Origin: Fidelibacterota bacterium
GTDB lineage: Bacteria > Fidelibacterota > Fidelibacteria > Fidelibacterales > DSDE01
NCBI GenBank assembly: GCA_046735395.1
Contig: JBJKQR010000034.1
Span: 1-55,604, forward strand
Direction: 5' to 3'
DNA: 55,604 bases
Shown here: one piece after another, positions 38,210 through 48,133 of the stretch
Numbering within the stretch: the stretch's first letter is position 1
Layout: every line of letters starts with the position of its first letter
Translations under genes and position numbers: made by a program
The notes under the pieces: generated by a model
The model's database searches: none
The model's input: the letters and a program-made list of their open reading frames with translations, nothing else
Told to the model about the DNA's origin: nothing

Positions 38210-39535
38210 ATGCTCGAGCAGCTGCAAAATAACCTGAATGAAATCTTCAAGAAACTGCGTGGTCAGGGAAAGATCACGGAGGAGAACATTTCCTCAGCAA
38301 TGCGTGACGTTCGCCGGACACTTCTGGAAGCGGATGTCAATTATACCGTAGCGAAAGATTTTATCGAGCGGATCCGGGAGAAGGCGATGGGACGAAAAGT
38401 CCTGACCAGCATTACTCCCGGCCAGCAGATTATAAAAATTATTCATGATGAAATGATAGAGCTTCTGGGCAATGACGGTGAAAAACTGGATCTGGGGGGC
38501 CTTCCTCCGGCCGTGATTCTCATCGCCGGGCTTCAGGGTTCCGGAAAGACGACCTTTTCGGCCAAACTTGCCAATCATCTTCGCAAGGACGGCAGAAAGC
38601 CGCTTCTCGTCGCCGCGGACATTTACCGTCCCGCAGCCGTAGAGCAGCTGCGCACTTTGGGGCGGCAGCTCAACATTCCCGTATATCATGAAGAAAACAA
38701 AGATGTCCCCAAAATCTGTTCCAACGCCCTCGCAAGGGCCCGCCAGGATCAGACGGACGTTGTTATTCTGGACACAGCCGGTCGGCTGCATATTGATGAT
38801 GATATGATGGCTGAGGTCCGGAAAATTCAGGAGACTGTACATCCTCGTGAAGTGCTTTTCGTTGCAGACGGTATGACGGGACAAGATGCCGTCAATGCAG
38901 CCAAGGCATTCGACAGTGCCCTGAACCTCAGCGGCCTCGTTCTGACCAAAATGGATGGCGACACCCGTGGCGGTGCGGCCCTGTCTGTCCGGTCTGTAAC
39001 CGGAAAACCCCTGAAGTTCATTTCCGTCGGGGAAAAAATGGATGACCTGGAACCTTTTTTTCCGGAACGTTTCGCGGGCCGGATTCTGGGTAAGGGCGAC
39101 ATTATCTCACTGGTGGAACGGGCTCAGGAATCTGTCGATCTGAAGGAGGCTGAAAAACTTGAGAAACGGCTGCGAAAGAATCAGTTCAATCTCGAGGATT
39201 TTCATGCTCAGCTGAAGACTCTGAAAAAAATGGGTCCGCTTTCCTCGCTGATGGACATGATCCCGGGCGCTCAACTGAATAAGGCATCTCTCGATGATCA
39301 GCATTTCGTACGGGTTGAGGCAATTCTCAATTCCATGACCCGCAATGAAAAACAGCAGCCGGAACTCCTCAATGCCGGCCGCAGACGCCGTATCGCATCC
39401 GGATCCGGCACGCAGGTCGCCGATGTGAACCGCCTGATGACTCAGTTCGAACAGATGAAACGCATGATAAAGAAATTCAATTCAACAAAGTTTTCCCGAC
39501 AGACGCTGAATCAGCTTCGCCGGGGAATCATTTAA
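38210..39535 (+). CDS. ffh: Signal recognition particle protein
   Basis: GLQGSGKTT, DTAGRL, TKMDGDTRGGAALS, RILGKGD, M domain. Confidence 0.98.
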   Translation: MLEQLQNNLNEIFKKLRGQGKITEENISSAMRDVRRTLLEADVNYTVAKDFIERIREKAMGRKVLTSITPGQQIIKIIHDEMIELLGNDGEKLDLGGLPPAVILIAGLQGSGKTTFSAKLANHLRKDGRKPLLVAADIYRPAAVEQLRTLGRQLNIPVYHEENKDVPKICSNALARARQDQTDVVILDTAGRLHIDDDMMAEVRKIQETVHPREVLFVADGMTGQDAVNAAKAFDSALNLSGLVLTKMDGDTRGGAALSVRSVTGKPLKFISVGEKMDDLEPFFPERFAGRILGKGDIISLVERAQESVDLKEAEKLEKRLRKNQFNLEDFHAQLKTLKKMGPLSSLMDMIPGAQLNKASLDDQHFVRVEAILNSMTRNEKQQPELLNAGRRRRIASGSGTQVADVNRLMTQFEQMKRMIKKFNSTKFSRQTLNQLRRGII

Positions 39536-39546
39536 AGGAGGAAAAC

Positions 39547-40068
39547 TTGGCTACTCGTATTCGCTTAACTCGTATGGGCAGACGCAACCGGCCCTATTAT
39601 CGGATCGTTGTTGCAGACAGCCGCGCCCGACGGGATGGAAAGTTCATTGAACTCGTTGGAAGCTATGATCCCATGAAACCGAAAAAAGACCGCGCCACGA
39701 TCAATGAAGAACGAATTCTTCACTGGCTTGATAAAGGTGCAGAACCGTCTGATACGGTGAAAAACATTCTGTCAGACAAAGGACTCCTGCTTAAAGCTCA
39801 CCTTGACAGCCATTCTGTCAGCGAAGAACAGAAAAATCTCCAGCTCCAGAAGCATGAACTAGCCAAAAAAGCCCGGCTGAAAAAAGAGGAACCGAAGAAA
39901 CAGGCCCCCGTGAAGGAAGAACCTGTTGCAGAGGAACCCGTGGACGCCGCGCCTGAAACGGAAACCGTTGAGAGTGAACCGGCCGCAGCAGAAGAAGAAC
40001 CTGTCGCAGACGCCGCACCTGAAGCAGAGGGCGAAGAACCCGCCGCTGACGATTCGGAAAAAGAATAG
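39547..40068 (+). CDS. rpsP: 30S ribosomal protein S16 with acidic C-terminal extension
   Basis: IRLTRMG..RPYYRIVVADSR..RDG.FIE.VG.YDP; GA.PSDTV. Confidence 0.97.
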   Translation: MATRIRLTRMGRRNRPYYRIVVADSRARRDGKFIELVGSYDPMKPKKDRATINEERILHWLDKGAEPSDTVKNILSDKGLLLKAHLDSHSVSEEQKNLQLQKHELAKKARLKKEEPKKQAPVKEEPVAEEPVDAAPETETVESEPAAAEEEPVADAAPEAEGEEPAADDSEKE

Positions 40069-40130
40069 CGTTCACCTCTCTACGACGATAGACAGCCTAA
40101 CAGCAGAAACGAAACAGAAGCGAGGTAATT

Positions 40131-40367
40131 ATGCAGGAATTTGTTGAATTCATCGCCAAACGGTTAGTTGATCATCCCGACGAAGTCAAGGTCACACAAG
40201 TTGACAGCGAAAACAATGTCATTTATGAACTCGTTGTCAACCCTGCCGATCTGGGCAAGGTTATCGGCAAGAATGGCCGTACCGCCCAGGCTCTGCGAAC
40301 CCTGTTGACTGCCGTGTCTGCAAAAAGTGGAAACAGAAGAGCTACTCTCGACATCATCGACAAGTAG
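40131..40367 (+). CDS. khpA: KH-domain RNA-binding protein KhpA
   Basis: LVDHPDEV, DLGKVIGKNGRTAQALRTLL; rpsP-rimM context. Confidence 0.95.
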   Translation: MQEFVEFIAKRLVDHPDEVKVTQVDSENNVIYELVVNPADLGKVIGKNGRTAQALRTLLTAVSAKSGNRRATLDIIDK

Positions 40368-40378
40368 CAGCTTTTGAC

Positions 40379-40891
40379 ATGAATTTCAGGACTGTCGGTA
40401 AAATAAAAAAAACCCATGGTCTTGATGGAACGCTGTTTATCATTGTTAAGTCTCTTAACAGTGATTTTGTATGTTCTTTGAAATATTTGTTTTTCGGAAA
40501 CCAGGAAAACAAAGCGGATGATGTGCTGAAAATCGACACAATACGGCCCTATAAGCAAGGATACCTGGTACGATTCTCAGAAATACCGACCATTGATGCG
40601 GCGGAACAGATCGTTCAGTCCACGCTCTTCCTGCCGGCAGATGATCTGCCGGACGAGGAGACGACGGAATGCCCCTATCTGAGCTTCGCGGTTATTGATT
40701 CACAAAGCGACGCCGCGCTGGGTATCGTGGAGAATCTCCTTGATTATCCCGGCCAGCAGCTTCTGCAGATACGTCGGGAAAATGATGATCTCGCGCTGGT
40801 TCCCTTTGTTGATGAATTCATTGATTTCATTGACATGGAAGGGAAAACGATCGGCCTCCGGGTTATGGAAGGGCTCTTCGATGAGAATTGA
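40379..40891 (+). CDS. rimM: Ribosome maturation factor RimM
   Basis: [20 protein letters not shown]; synteny. Confidence 0.92.
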   Translation: MNFRTVGKIKKTHGLDGTLFIIVKSLNSDFVCSLKYLFFGNQENKADDVLKIDTIRPYKQGYLVRFSEIPTIDAAEQIVQSTLFLPADDLPDEETTECPYLSFAVIDSQSDAALGIVENLLDYPGQQLLQIRRENDDLALVPFVDEFIDFIDMEGKTIGLRVMEGLFDEN

Positions 40892-41603
40892 TGTGGTCAC
40901 CCCCTTTCCGGAAATGATCGCGGCCGTGACCGGCAGCAGTATTGCCCGGATCGCAGTCGAAAAGCAACTGGTGGACATTCGGAGTCATGACCTTCGGCCC
41001 TTTGCCGAAAATCGTCATTACAAGGTGGATGATTATCCCTTTGGCGGGGGCGATGGCATGATCATGTTGCCCCAGCCTTTTTTTTCTGCAATGGACACTC
41101 TGCTGGAAGAAGACGCCGGGATAAAACCCCGCGTCATCTTTCCCACTCCGGACGGACGGCCCTTCACACAGGAACTGGCCCAGGAGCTGTCCGGCGAAGA
41201 CCGGATTATCCTTCTCTGTGGTCATTACAAGGGAATTGATCAACGGGTCCGTGATACCATTGTGACCGATGAAATCAGCATCGGAGATTATGTCCTCACC
41301 GGTGGAGAACTGGCTGCGCTTGTCATCATTGATGCAACGATCCGGCTCATCCCCGGTGTCATCGGCACCCTGGAGAGCGCGACCAGCGACTCCTTCTCCC
41401 ATCCTCTGCTTGACTGCCCCTGGTATACGCGGCCCGAAAACTTTCGCGGATTGACCGTTCCGGATGTATTGCTCAGCGGACATCATGCGAACATCGACGC
41501 CTGGCGGCACGAAGAACGGTTACGAAAAACAAAGGAAAGACGACCAGATCTTTATCAAAAATATGTGGATATACATCCGCCCAAAAGGAGTAAAAAGAAA
41601 TGA
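40881..41603 (+). CDS. trmD: tRNA (guanine-N1)-methyltransferase
   Basis: [49 protein letters not shown] 40881. Confidence 0.97.
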   Translation: MRIDVVTPFPEMIAAVTGSSIARIAVEKQLVDIRSHDLRPFAENRHYKVDDYPFGGGDGMIMLPQPFFSAMDTLLEEDAGIKPRVIFPTPDGRPFTQELAQELSGEDRIILLCGHYKGIDQRVRDTIVTDEISIGDYVLTGGELAALVIIDATIRLIPGVIGTLESATSDSFSHPLLDCPWYTRPENFRGLTVPDVLLSGHHANIDAWRHEERLRKTKERRPDLYQKYVDIHPPKRSKKK

Positions 41604-41947
41604 ACAAGTTAGACATCGCCGCAGCCCAGTCCTTGCGGAACGACATACCGGAATTCAAGGCAGGAGACACCCTCTCCATTGAAGTCAAGGTCCGGGAAGG
41701 CGAAAAAGAGAGAATACAGATTTTCAAAGGCATCTGTATTGCCCGGAAAGGCAGCGGAATCAATGCAACCTTTACCGTTCGGAAAATTTCCAACGGTGTC
41801 GGTGTTGAACGCATTTTCCCGGTCCATTCTCCCAATCTCGCAGGCATCACCCGCCTCAGCATCGGCAAAGTCCGTCGCGCAAAACTCTACTATCTGCGGG
41901 CTCTGAAAGGCAAAAAGGCAACGAAGGTCAAAGAAGTTCGTTACTAA
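41600..41947 (+). CDS. rplS: 50S ribosomal protein L19
   Basis: [42 protein letters not shown]. Confidence 0.98.
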   Translation: MNKLDIAAAQSLRNDIPEFKAGDTLSIEVKVREGEKERIQIFKGICIARKGSGINATFTVRKISNGVGVERIFPVHSPNLAGITRLSIGKVRRAKLYYLRALKGKKATKVKEVRY

Positions 41948-42013
41948 GGGCCTTTCCTTCGCGATCGCTGATGTAAATGGCGCCCTCGCGGCCAACCCCA
42001 TAACATCGCCGGT

Positions 42014-43390
42014 ATGACTCGAACAGATTATTCAGGGATTCCCTCGGTTCATGTATTAAAGGAAAATCTTCTCAAAGATTTTCCGTATGTGGCGGAGGGA
42101 TTTCTGTCATATGTGATAAATAACTATCTTACAGAGCTGCGGCGGGAAATATCTCAGGGCGGAGCCTGCCCGGCTCTTCCGGATATCAGCGCAGCTCTCT
42201 CCATTCTGCTCAAGGCGCACCTGGAGCGCAGCTCCTTTAAACACATCATTAACGGCACCGGCATCGTGCTTCACACTGGTCTCGGGAGAGCCCCGCTCTC
42301 CGGCGAACTTCTGCGGCGTTTCTCCGAATTGGAGGGCTATGTTGATCTCGAGCTGGAACTGGAATCGGGACAGCGTGGAGAGCGGAATCATCATATCCGG
42401 CCTCTCCTGAATTTCCTCTGCGCTTCCGAGCAATCCCTTGTGGTTAACAATAATGCCGCCGCCGTTCTGCTGGCCCTGACAGCCCTGGGACAAAAGCGGG
42501 AAATTATCGTTTCCCGCAGTCAGCAGGTCGAAATCGGCGGTTCCTTCCGTATACCGGATGTCATGAAGCAATCCGGCGCCATCATGATTGAAGTGGGGGC
42601 CACGAACCGCACCAGGATCGAAGATTTCCAGGCAGCCATCTCGCCCCGTACTGCGGCGTTATTTCTGGCGCACTCCTCTAATTACACCATCAACGGCTTT
42701 ACCGAATTTCCCGACCTGGCCGAACTGGTCCGGCTCGCCCGGCAAAAGAAGATTCCCCTTATTTATGATCTGGGTTCGGGACGGCTTGGCGGGATCGGCA
42801 CAAAGCTCGAAGGAGAAAAGGACATTCAGGAAATTCTGTCCGCCGGATGTGATCTGGTCTCTTTTTCCGGAGACAAGCTACTCGGCGGGCCTCAGGCCGG
42901 ACTTCTCTGCGGGCGACAGGCAATCATTGACATCCTTCATCGCCATCCCCTTTATCGCGCTCTCCGTCCTGACAAACTTACTCTCTTTGCGCTGGAGGCC
43001 ACCCTCCAGTCCTATATCCGAAACGATTTATCCACACCGACTCAGCGCCTGCTGGGCCGGTCACGGGAAGATCTGGACACCCTGTATAAACAGGTTCTTT
43101 CCATGCTTCCGCAGAAGCTGCAGGCCCGCCTTTCCAAAGCCCGCACCGTCGCGGAGAGCGGCTCAGGAACAGCCCCGGGCCATGAACTTCCATCCCTCGC
43201 GATTGCCTTCGTTCCGGAGGGCAATCCACCCGCCGACCGGCTCGCCCGCGCCTTCAGGACGGACCCCCGGTCCCCCGTCCTCGGCTATATTCATAAAGAC
43301 TGTTTTTATATAGATCTTCGCGCCGTTGAATCGGCGCAGATTCCCGCGCTGGCAGAAACCATCCTGCGCGTATTATCTTCCGATCTCTGA
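42014..43390 (+). CDS. selA: L-seryl-tRNA(Sec) selenium transferase
   Basis: INGTGIVLHTGLGRAPL, VVNNNAAAVLL, VEIGGSFRIPDVM, EVGATNRT, DLGSG, SGDKLLGGPQAG (PLP Lys), RALRPDK. Confidence 0.95.
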   Translation: MTRTDYSGIPSVHVLKENLLKDFPYVAEGFLSYVINNYLTELRREISQGGACPALPDISAALSILLKAHLERSSFKHIINGTGIVLHTGLGRAPLSGELLRRFSELEGYVDLELELESGQRGERNHHIRPLLNFLCASEQSLVVNNNAAAVLLALTALGQKREIIVSRSQQVEIGGSFRIPDVMKQSGAIMIEVGATNRTRIEDFQAAISPRTAALFLAHSSNYTINGFTEFPDLAELVRLARQKKIPLIYDLGSGRLGGIGTKLEGEKDIQEILSAGCDLVSFSGDKLLGGPQAGLLCGRQAIIDILHRHPLYRALRPDKLTLFALEATLQSYIRNDLSTPTQRLLGRSREDLDTLYKQVLSMLPQKLQARLSKARTVAESGSGTAPGHELPSLAIAFVPEGNPPADRLARAFRTDPRSPVLGYIHKDCFYIDLRAVESAQIPALAETILRVLSSDL

Positions 43391-43501
43391 TAGTTCCACG
43401 GGAAACAATCTTTCGGATCTGGTGTTTTTATAATTATTTATAGCTTGTGTTTTTATTCTTCGCGGTCTTGGTCTCATCGAAAATTCAGGCACAGGACCAA
43501 A

Positions 43502-44755
43502 TTATTCATGTTTTCGCAGACGGGCAGCAAAGAAAGCATCACTGTCTATATCCTGAGGCAGCAGGAGCAGGTAGGGATTCATCCGTGAGGAAAATCGCAA
43601 GCCCTGTTTCTGAAGCAGGTCATCACTGGATTCCACGCTGTATTCCGGGTGCTGTCTTAAAAATGCCTCAATCTGCCCCTGGTTCTCTTCAGGCAGGAGA
43701 GAGCAGGTCGCGTAGACGAGCACCCCGCCCGGCCGGACCAGCAGATCTGCCTTCGCCAGTAAATCCTTCTGGGTACGGATCAGAGATTTGCGGGTCCGTT
43801 CACTCTGCCGAAAAAGCAGGTCCGGATGCCGTCGCAGTGTACCCGTTCCACTGCAGGGCGCATCCAGCAGAACCAGATCCGCGGCACCTCTAAAATTCGT
43901 CTGCAGGACGCCCGGTGGAAAAATTTCAAGATTCCCCACGCCGGCCCGGCCGGCTCGCCTGATGAGCTGACGCAGACGGGCAGCAGAGATATCGGAAGCA
44001 ATGAGCCGCCCCTTGTTATTCATCAATGCGGCGAGATGAAGCGTTTTTCCGCCCCCGCCGGCCGCAAGATCGATCACGGTGTCTCCGCCCTTCGGATCTG
44101 CAAGGCGCGAGATCAGCTGCGAGCCCTCGTCCTGAATCTCCACGTCTCCATTGCGGTAAGGCCGCAGTGTCTGCAGCGGCAGACGCTTCTCAAGCCGTCG
44201 TGCTTCCAGCAGCAACTGCCCGGCCATCATCGGTTCAAGGTCCGAAAGATGCCGATTCGCATTCGGTTTTAGTCCATTGATGCGCAAATGAACCGACGGC
44301 TCCTTTTTCAGCGCAACCAAGGTTTCGGCCAGATCCTCCTTCGCCAGGTAGGAGGAAAGTGCGGCAACAATAAAATCCGGATAATTGTCCGGTGCCGTCA
44401 GGTCAGCAGAACGACGTCCGGAGAGACCAACCGTCGCGGCAAAACAGCCGGTCCAATCAGCGTCACCCCGGAAATCGGGCGTTTCCCCACCTTGAATCCG
44501 AAGGGCTGCCGCACAATACCGGGGCCATTGATCCTCAGCGGACAGATCCGGAAAGGACTTTTCAAGAAAAATAAGGTGGCGCAGCACAAACCAGAACAGA
44601 TCCTGGAGAAAACGCCGGTCTCTGGATCCCAGGTATTTTCGCGAAGCTATATATTCCGCAACGACCTTTTCAGCCGGAATTCCCCGTCCGGCCGCAGCCG
44701 GCCATTGTTTCAGAAGCTCAACACAATGATCGAGCAGAAGCGGCAGATTCATCAC
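43502..44755 (-). CDS. RsmB/NOP-family RNA cytosine-C5 methyltransferase
   Basis: IQDEGSQ, DLAAGGGGKT, DAPCSGTG..RRHPD, YATCS. Confidence 0.93.
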   Translation of the reverse strand: MMNLPLLLDHCVELLKQWPAAAGRGIPAEKVVAEYIASRKYLGSRDRRFLQDLFWFVLRHLIFLEKSFPDLSAEDQWPRYCAAALRIQGGETPDFRGDADWTGCFAATVGLSGRRSADLTAPDNYPDFIVAALSSYLAKEDLAETLVALKKEPSVHLRINGLKPNANRHLSDLEPMMAGQLLLEARRLEKRLPLQTLRPYRNGDVEIQDEGSQLISRLADPKGGDTVIDLAAGGGGKTLHLAALMNNKGRLIASDISAARLRQLIRRAGRAGVGNLEIFPPGVLQTNFRGAADLVLLDAPCSGTGTLRRHPDLLFRQSERTRKSLIRTQKDLLAKADLLVRPGGVLVYATCSLLPEENQGQIEAFLRQHPEYSVESSDDLLQKQGLRFSSRMNPYLLLLPQDIDSDAFFAARLRKHE

Positions 44756-46182
44756 TTTTTCAATTTATCGAAATAATGGGAAAATTCAATTTCAGTGGAA
44801 AAGACGTCCATGTAGGCCTTTTCCGCGTGGGAAAACAGGTACTCGACACAATCCTGTACTTCCATCTTGTCCGGACTTGATAATTTCTTCGGTTCATGGA
44901 TGGCAAGAATGGCCTCATTGGGAAACTCCCTCATCCTCATTTCCTCGACGATTTCCCTCAGATTCAGGTTCTCGGGACTTTTTATGAGGGTAAACCGTCC
45001 CACCATGGCCGCATCTTCAATCAGAATGTTCATTTCAACAAGGGTCCGGGCAACATTATTCAGCTCTTCCAGACGAATTCCCACCACCGGCGCAATCTGA
45101 TCGAGCGGCGGGATGTTCTTCCCCTTTTTATAGGCATTCAGTATCGCATACAGAAGGGACAGCGCCAGAAAAGCCATACTATGCCGCTTTCCGCTGTGTT
45201 CCTCCTCCTGTTCACGGATCAATATCTCCAGATTCTGTACCGTATAGGATATTTCCGCGCCCAGCAGAATGATCATCCAGGTGAGAAAGACCCAGATCAG
45301 AAACAGGGGCAGCATGGCAATCTGCTTGTAAAAGTTCGTCACCGTTCCCACGTTGACGACATAAAAGTAAAAACCTTTCTTAGAGAGTTCCCAGAGAATT
45401 GCGGAGATGACACCTCCGACAGCCGCCGCCCGAAAACGAACCCGTACGGACGGGGTAAAGATCAGCAGCAGACTGAACGCGATAAACCCGACAAAAAGAA
45501 GGAGGAACTGATCATAAATGGCGCGAAAAAACAGAATGTGCCGGGAAACCACATTGAACCAGCGCTCGGAGGGCCCCAGGTAGTCCGCCAGCCACACGGA
45601 GGCAAGAATCAGGAATGGCGATGTGGTGAGAATAACCCAGAAGGCGGTGATTTTCTGAACATAGGACCGGGTCTCCTTCACGCGCCAGATCTGGTTGAAA
45701 ATCCGTTCGGCCGTAATCAGCACACCCGTGGCACTCATGAGCAGACTGAGAATAGCCAGAAGGTTTATCAGTCCGGAGCCATGTCCGGTGAAAACAGTGG
45801 GCGAAATGTAATCGGTGATGATCTGTATGAGCTGATCCTGAAATTCCGGTACCACAAAGGGAAGCACGGTATCGTGAATATAGGATATCATTTCCTGATA
45901 CAGGCCCAGAATACTGACAATGCTGAAAAAGAGCACCAGGAGCGGGATCGTGGAAATAATGCTTACATAGGAAAGGCTGGCCGCCCGCTCGAAACAGGCA
46001 TCGTCGCTGAATTTTTTAAAGGTGAAGCCGATCAGTTTCTGCAGGCGGAAAAAAAATGTTTCCACACGATGGTCCCGCTGAAGTGCGCTGAAAAAATGCC
46101 TTACGGACGATGCTTTCTCCTGCGGCTTGGGGGGAAGCGGCGTTTCCTTCGTTTCTGTGGGCAGATGTTTTTCCATGGTCAA
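44752..46182 (-). CDS. YihY/BrkB-family membrane protein with C-terminal winged-helix-like domain
   Basis: RAASLSY..I.S.IPL, FNQIWRV...R, P.FLIWVFLTW.IILLGAEI. Confidence 0.88.
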   Translation of the reverse strand: MTMEKHLPTETKETPLPPKPQEKASSVRHFFSALQRDHRVETFFFRLQKLIGFTFKKFSDDACFERAASLSYVSIISTIPLLVLFFSIVSILGLYQEMISYIHDTVLPFVVPEFQDQLIQIITDYISPTVFTGHGSGLINLLAILSLLMSATGVLITAERIFNQIWRVKETRSYVQKITAFWVILTTSPFLILASVWLADYLGPSERWFNVVSRHILFFRAIYDQFLLLFVGFIAFSLLLIFTPSVRVRFRAAAVGGVISAILWELSKKGFYFYVVNVGTVTNFYKQIAMLPLFLIWVFLTWMIILLGAEISYTVQNLEILIREQEEEHSGKRHSMAFLALSLLYAILNAYKKGKNIPPLDQIAPVVGIRLEELNNVARTLVEMNILIEDAAMVGRFTLIKSPENLNLREIVEEMRMREFPNEAILAIHEPKKLSSPDKMEVQDCVEYLFSHAEKAYMDVFSTEIEFSHYFDKLKK

Positions 46183-47210
46183 TCCCTTTCTTTCCTGCTG
46201 AGATATTGTCTGAAGCCGTTGCTGAAATATTCCCTGAAATTGCCGAGAGAATCCCGTTCAATAAAATAGGCCTCCGTGCCTTCGAGACGATTTACCAGCT
46301 CCAGTCCGTCGCGGGTACCCAGAACGCTCAAGGCCGTTGCGAGTCCGTCGGCCATGGCACAGCTGCTGTCAATGACGGTTACGCTCGCAACCGAATGCTC
46401 TGTGGGGGCCAGCGTGCGGGGATCAATAATATGAGAATGACGACGCCCCTCTTCCATATGATAATTACGGTAATCCCCGGATGTGGCGATCCCGCAGTTG
46501 CTGAGTTCGAGAATCCGGCTGAGATCCTTTCCGGGCGCAGCATGGTCTTCAGGACGGTCAACACCGACACGCCAGAGGCTGCCATCCGGTTTTCGTCCGT
46601 GCGCAACCAGTTCCCCGCCGATTTCAACCAGACAGGAACCGATCCCGCGCTGCTGCAGATAGTCCGCGACACAGTCCACGCCAAAACCCTTGGCGACGGC
46701 GTTCACATCTATTTTCAGGTCCGGTACCGCCTTTTGCAGCCGACCTCCCGGCATCAGGCGTAAATGATCATATCCGATTCGCCCCCTCAGGCTGTCCGGA
46801 AACGGAGCGCGTTTTTCCGATTCGGCCGCAGGTCCGAAGCCCCACCACTGCACAGCCGGTGCAATCGTGACATCAAAGGCCCCTGCCGTCAGCTCCGACA
46901 GCTGCCGCGAGATCTGAAGAACACGAAAAAATTCGGGAGACACCGGAAAGGGGGTGTCGCTCTTCCAGACATTGAAACGGCTGATTTCAGATTCATTGTC
47001 CCAGCTGCTCATCTGCCGGTTGATCTCCTGCAGCAGACTGTCGACGCCGCTTTTCAGCAAAAGGGGGTCCGTCCTGCCGGTGACAACGGCCCGGATATGG
47101 TAGGTCGTTCCCATTGTCTGGCCGCTTAGATTCACCAGATGTGAGTGCGTTCCGGAGCTGCAGGAAAACATCGCGGCAAAAAGAAGAACTGTCGGAATAA
47201 TTCTACGCAT
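46179..47210 (-). CDS. apbE: FAD:protein FMN transferase (lipoprotein)
   Basis: Lipobox MFSC, TMGT, SEISRFN, GAFDVT, AVAKGFGVD, EIGGE, ATSGDYRNY, SHIIDP, ADGLATA; ATG 47210. Confidence 0.95.
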   Translation of the reverse strand: MRRIIPTVLLFAAMFSCSSGTHSHLVNLSGQTMGTTYHIRAVVTGRTDPLLLKSGVDSLLQEINRQMSSWDNESEISRFNVWKSDTPFPVSPEFFRVLQISRQLSELTAGAFDVTIAPAVQWWGFGPAAESEKRAPFPDSLRGRIGYDHLRLMPGGRLQKAVPDLKIDVNAVAKGFGVDCVADYLQQRGIGSCLVEIGGELVAHGRKPDGSLWRVGVDRPEDHAAPGKDLSRILELSNCGIATSGDYRNYHMEEGRRHSHIIDPRTLAPTEHSVASVTVIDSSCAMADGLATALSVLGTRDGLELVNRLEGTEAYFIERDSLGNFREYFSNGFRQYLSRKERD

Positions 47211-48117
47211 CAACGTCTCCGGATTTAAGCCGCGAAAAGGGTGACAGCAGATAACGCAGGCCATTCTTTGCCTTGTCTCCGGCGCTGTTCATCAATTGTC
47301 TTCGCAGGTCTCCCACCATATCTCCCGTCAGCCGCGTCAGTTGGCGGCTGATTTCCCGAAGTGACGGCGCCAGATCTCTGGGCGAATTGATCCGCGAAAT
47401 CCGACAGTAATTTTCCGTAATGATCGTCACTCTGATCAGCATGGCCGCATTGACCAGGCCGTCTGCCAGAGAAGATACGATTTTATCCACAAAAGGAACA
47501 CTTTGTAATCCGTCAAACGCCAGTTTGGACAAAATATCCTCGACGGCATATTCCGTTACTTCCGATCCGCCGATCGCCATCGAATAATATATATTTCGGA
47601 GAATATGCCACAGCTCCCGCAGATTGACACGTCCGTGGTAAACGGCGAATATTTCCCGGCAGGCATTGAAGGCCGAGCCAAGAATTAGCAGCGCGTCCAG
47701 AAGTCCGTTCTGTGCAATACTGCTTGAATAGAACAGCTGCCGGACATATCTGCGGCGAATGGCATCCACACTTCGCTCCTTTTCCTTCATCAATTCCTGA
47801 TAGGATTCGCGAATCCGGAATTCCGATTCCTGATCGAAATGACTGCCCGGAGGCTGAAGCCGGCGCACCCGTTCCCGCAGCACGCTGATTTCAGATTCCG
47901 GATCCCGGGCCGGCGGCGGATAGGCCGGCAGCGTCAGCACCCGAATCAGGGGCAGCAGCAGATAGAGAAAAACAAATGAAATCAACAGCGCCAGAAAGCT
48001 CCAGGCCCAGACCGGACCAATGCGATACAGGAACTGAAATAAACGTAATGTTTCACCGGCCAATATTAACAGGGCCGCAAGAGAAGACACAAGAATAATT
48101 TTGCTTAAGAGGCGCAA
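47203..48117 (-). CDS. YcjF/DUF697-like membrane protein
   Basis: Two N-terminal TM helices; SSIAQNGLLDAL, SSLADGLVNAAMLIRV; TTG 48117 chosen because longer starts overlap the lexA-like gene. Confidence 0.7.
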   Translation of the reverse strand: MRLLSKIILVSSLAALLILAGETLRLFQFLYRIGPVWAWSFLALLISFVFLYLLLPLIRVLTLPAYPPPARDPESEISVLRERVRRLQPPGSHFDQESEFRIRESYQELMKEKERSVDAIRRRYVRQLFYSSSIAQNGLLDALLILGSAFNACREIFAVYHGRVNLRELWHILRNIYYSMAIGGSEVTEYAVEDILSKLAFDGLQSVPFVDKIVSSLADGLVNAAMLIRVTIITENYCRISRINSPRDLAPSLREISRQLTRLTGDMVGDLRRQLMNSAGDKAKNGLRYLLSPFSRLKSGDVDA

Positions 48118-48133
48118 TCCGGATTCCTGATTG

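Noticed and set aside
39890..40065. Repeated GAAGAACC / EEPV(A) motifs
   Set aside because: Low-complexity acidic tail of S16, a known lineage feature; not a CRISPR or a mobile repeat
44896..46269. 457-aa ORF opposite yihY, and similar long antisense ORFs (14062-15012, 16666-17667, 25535-26482, 26714-27865, 31697-32605, 54353-55273)
   Set aside because: Shadow frames of well-supported genes on the other strand
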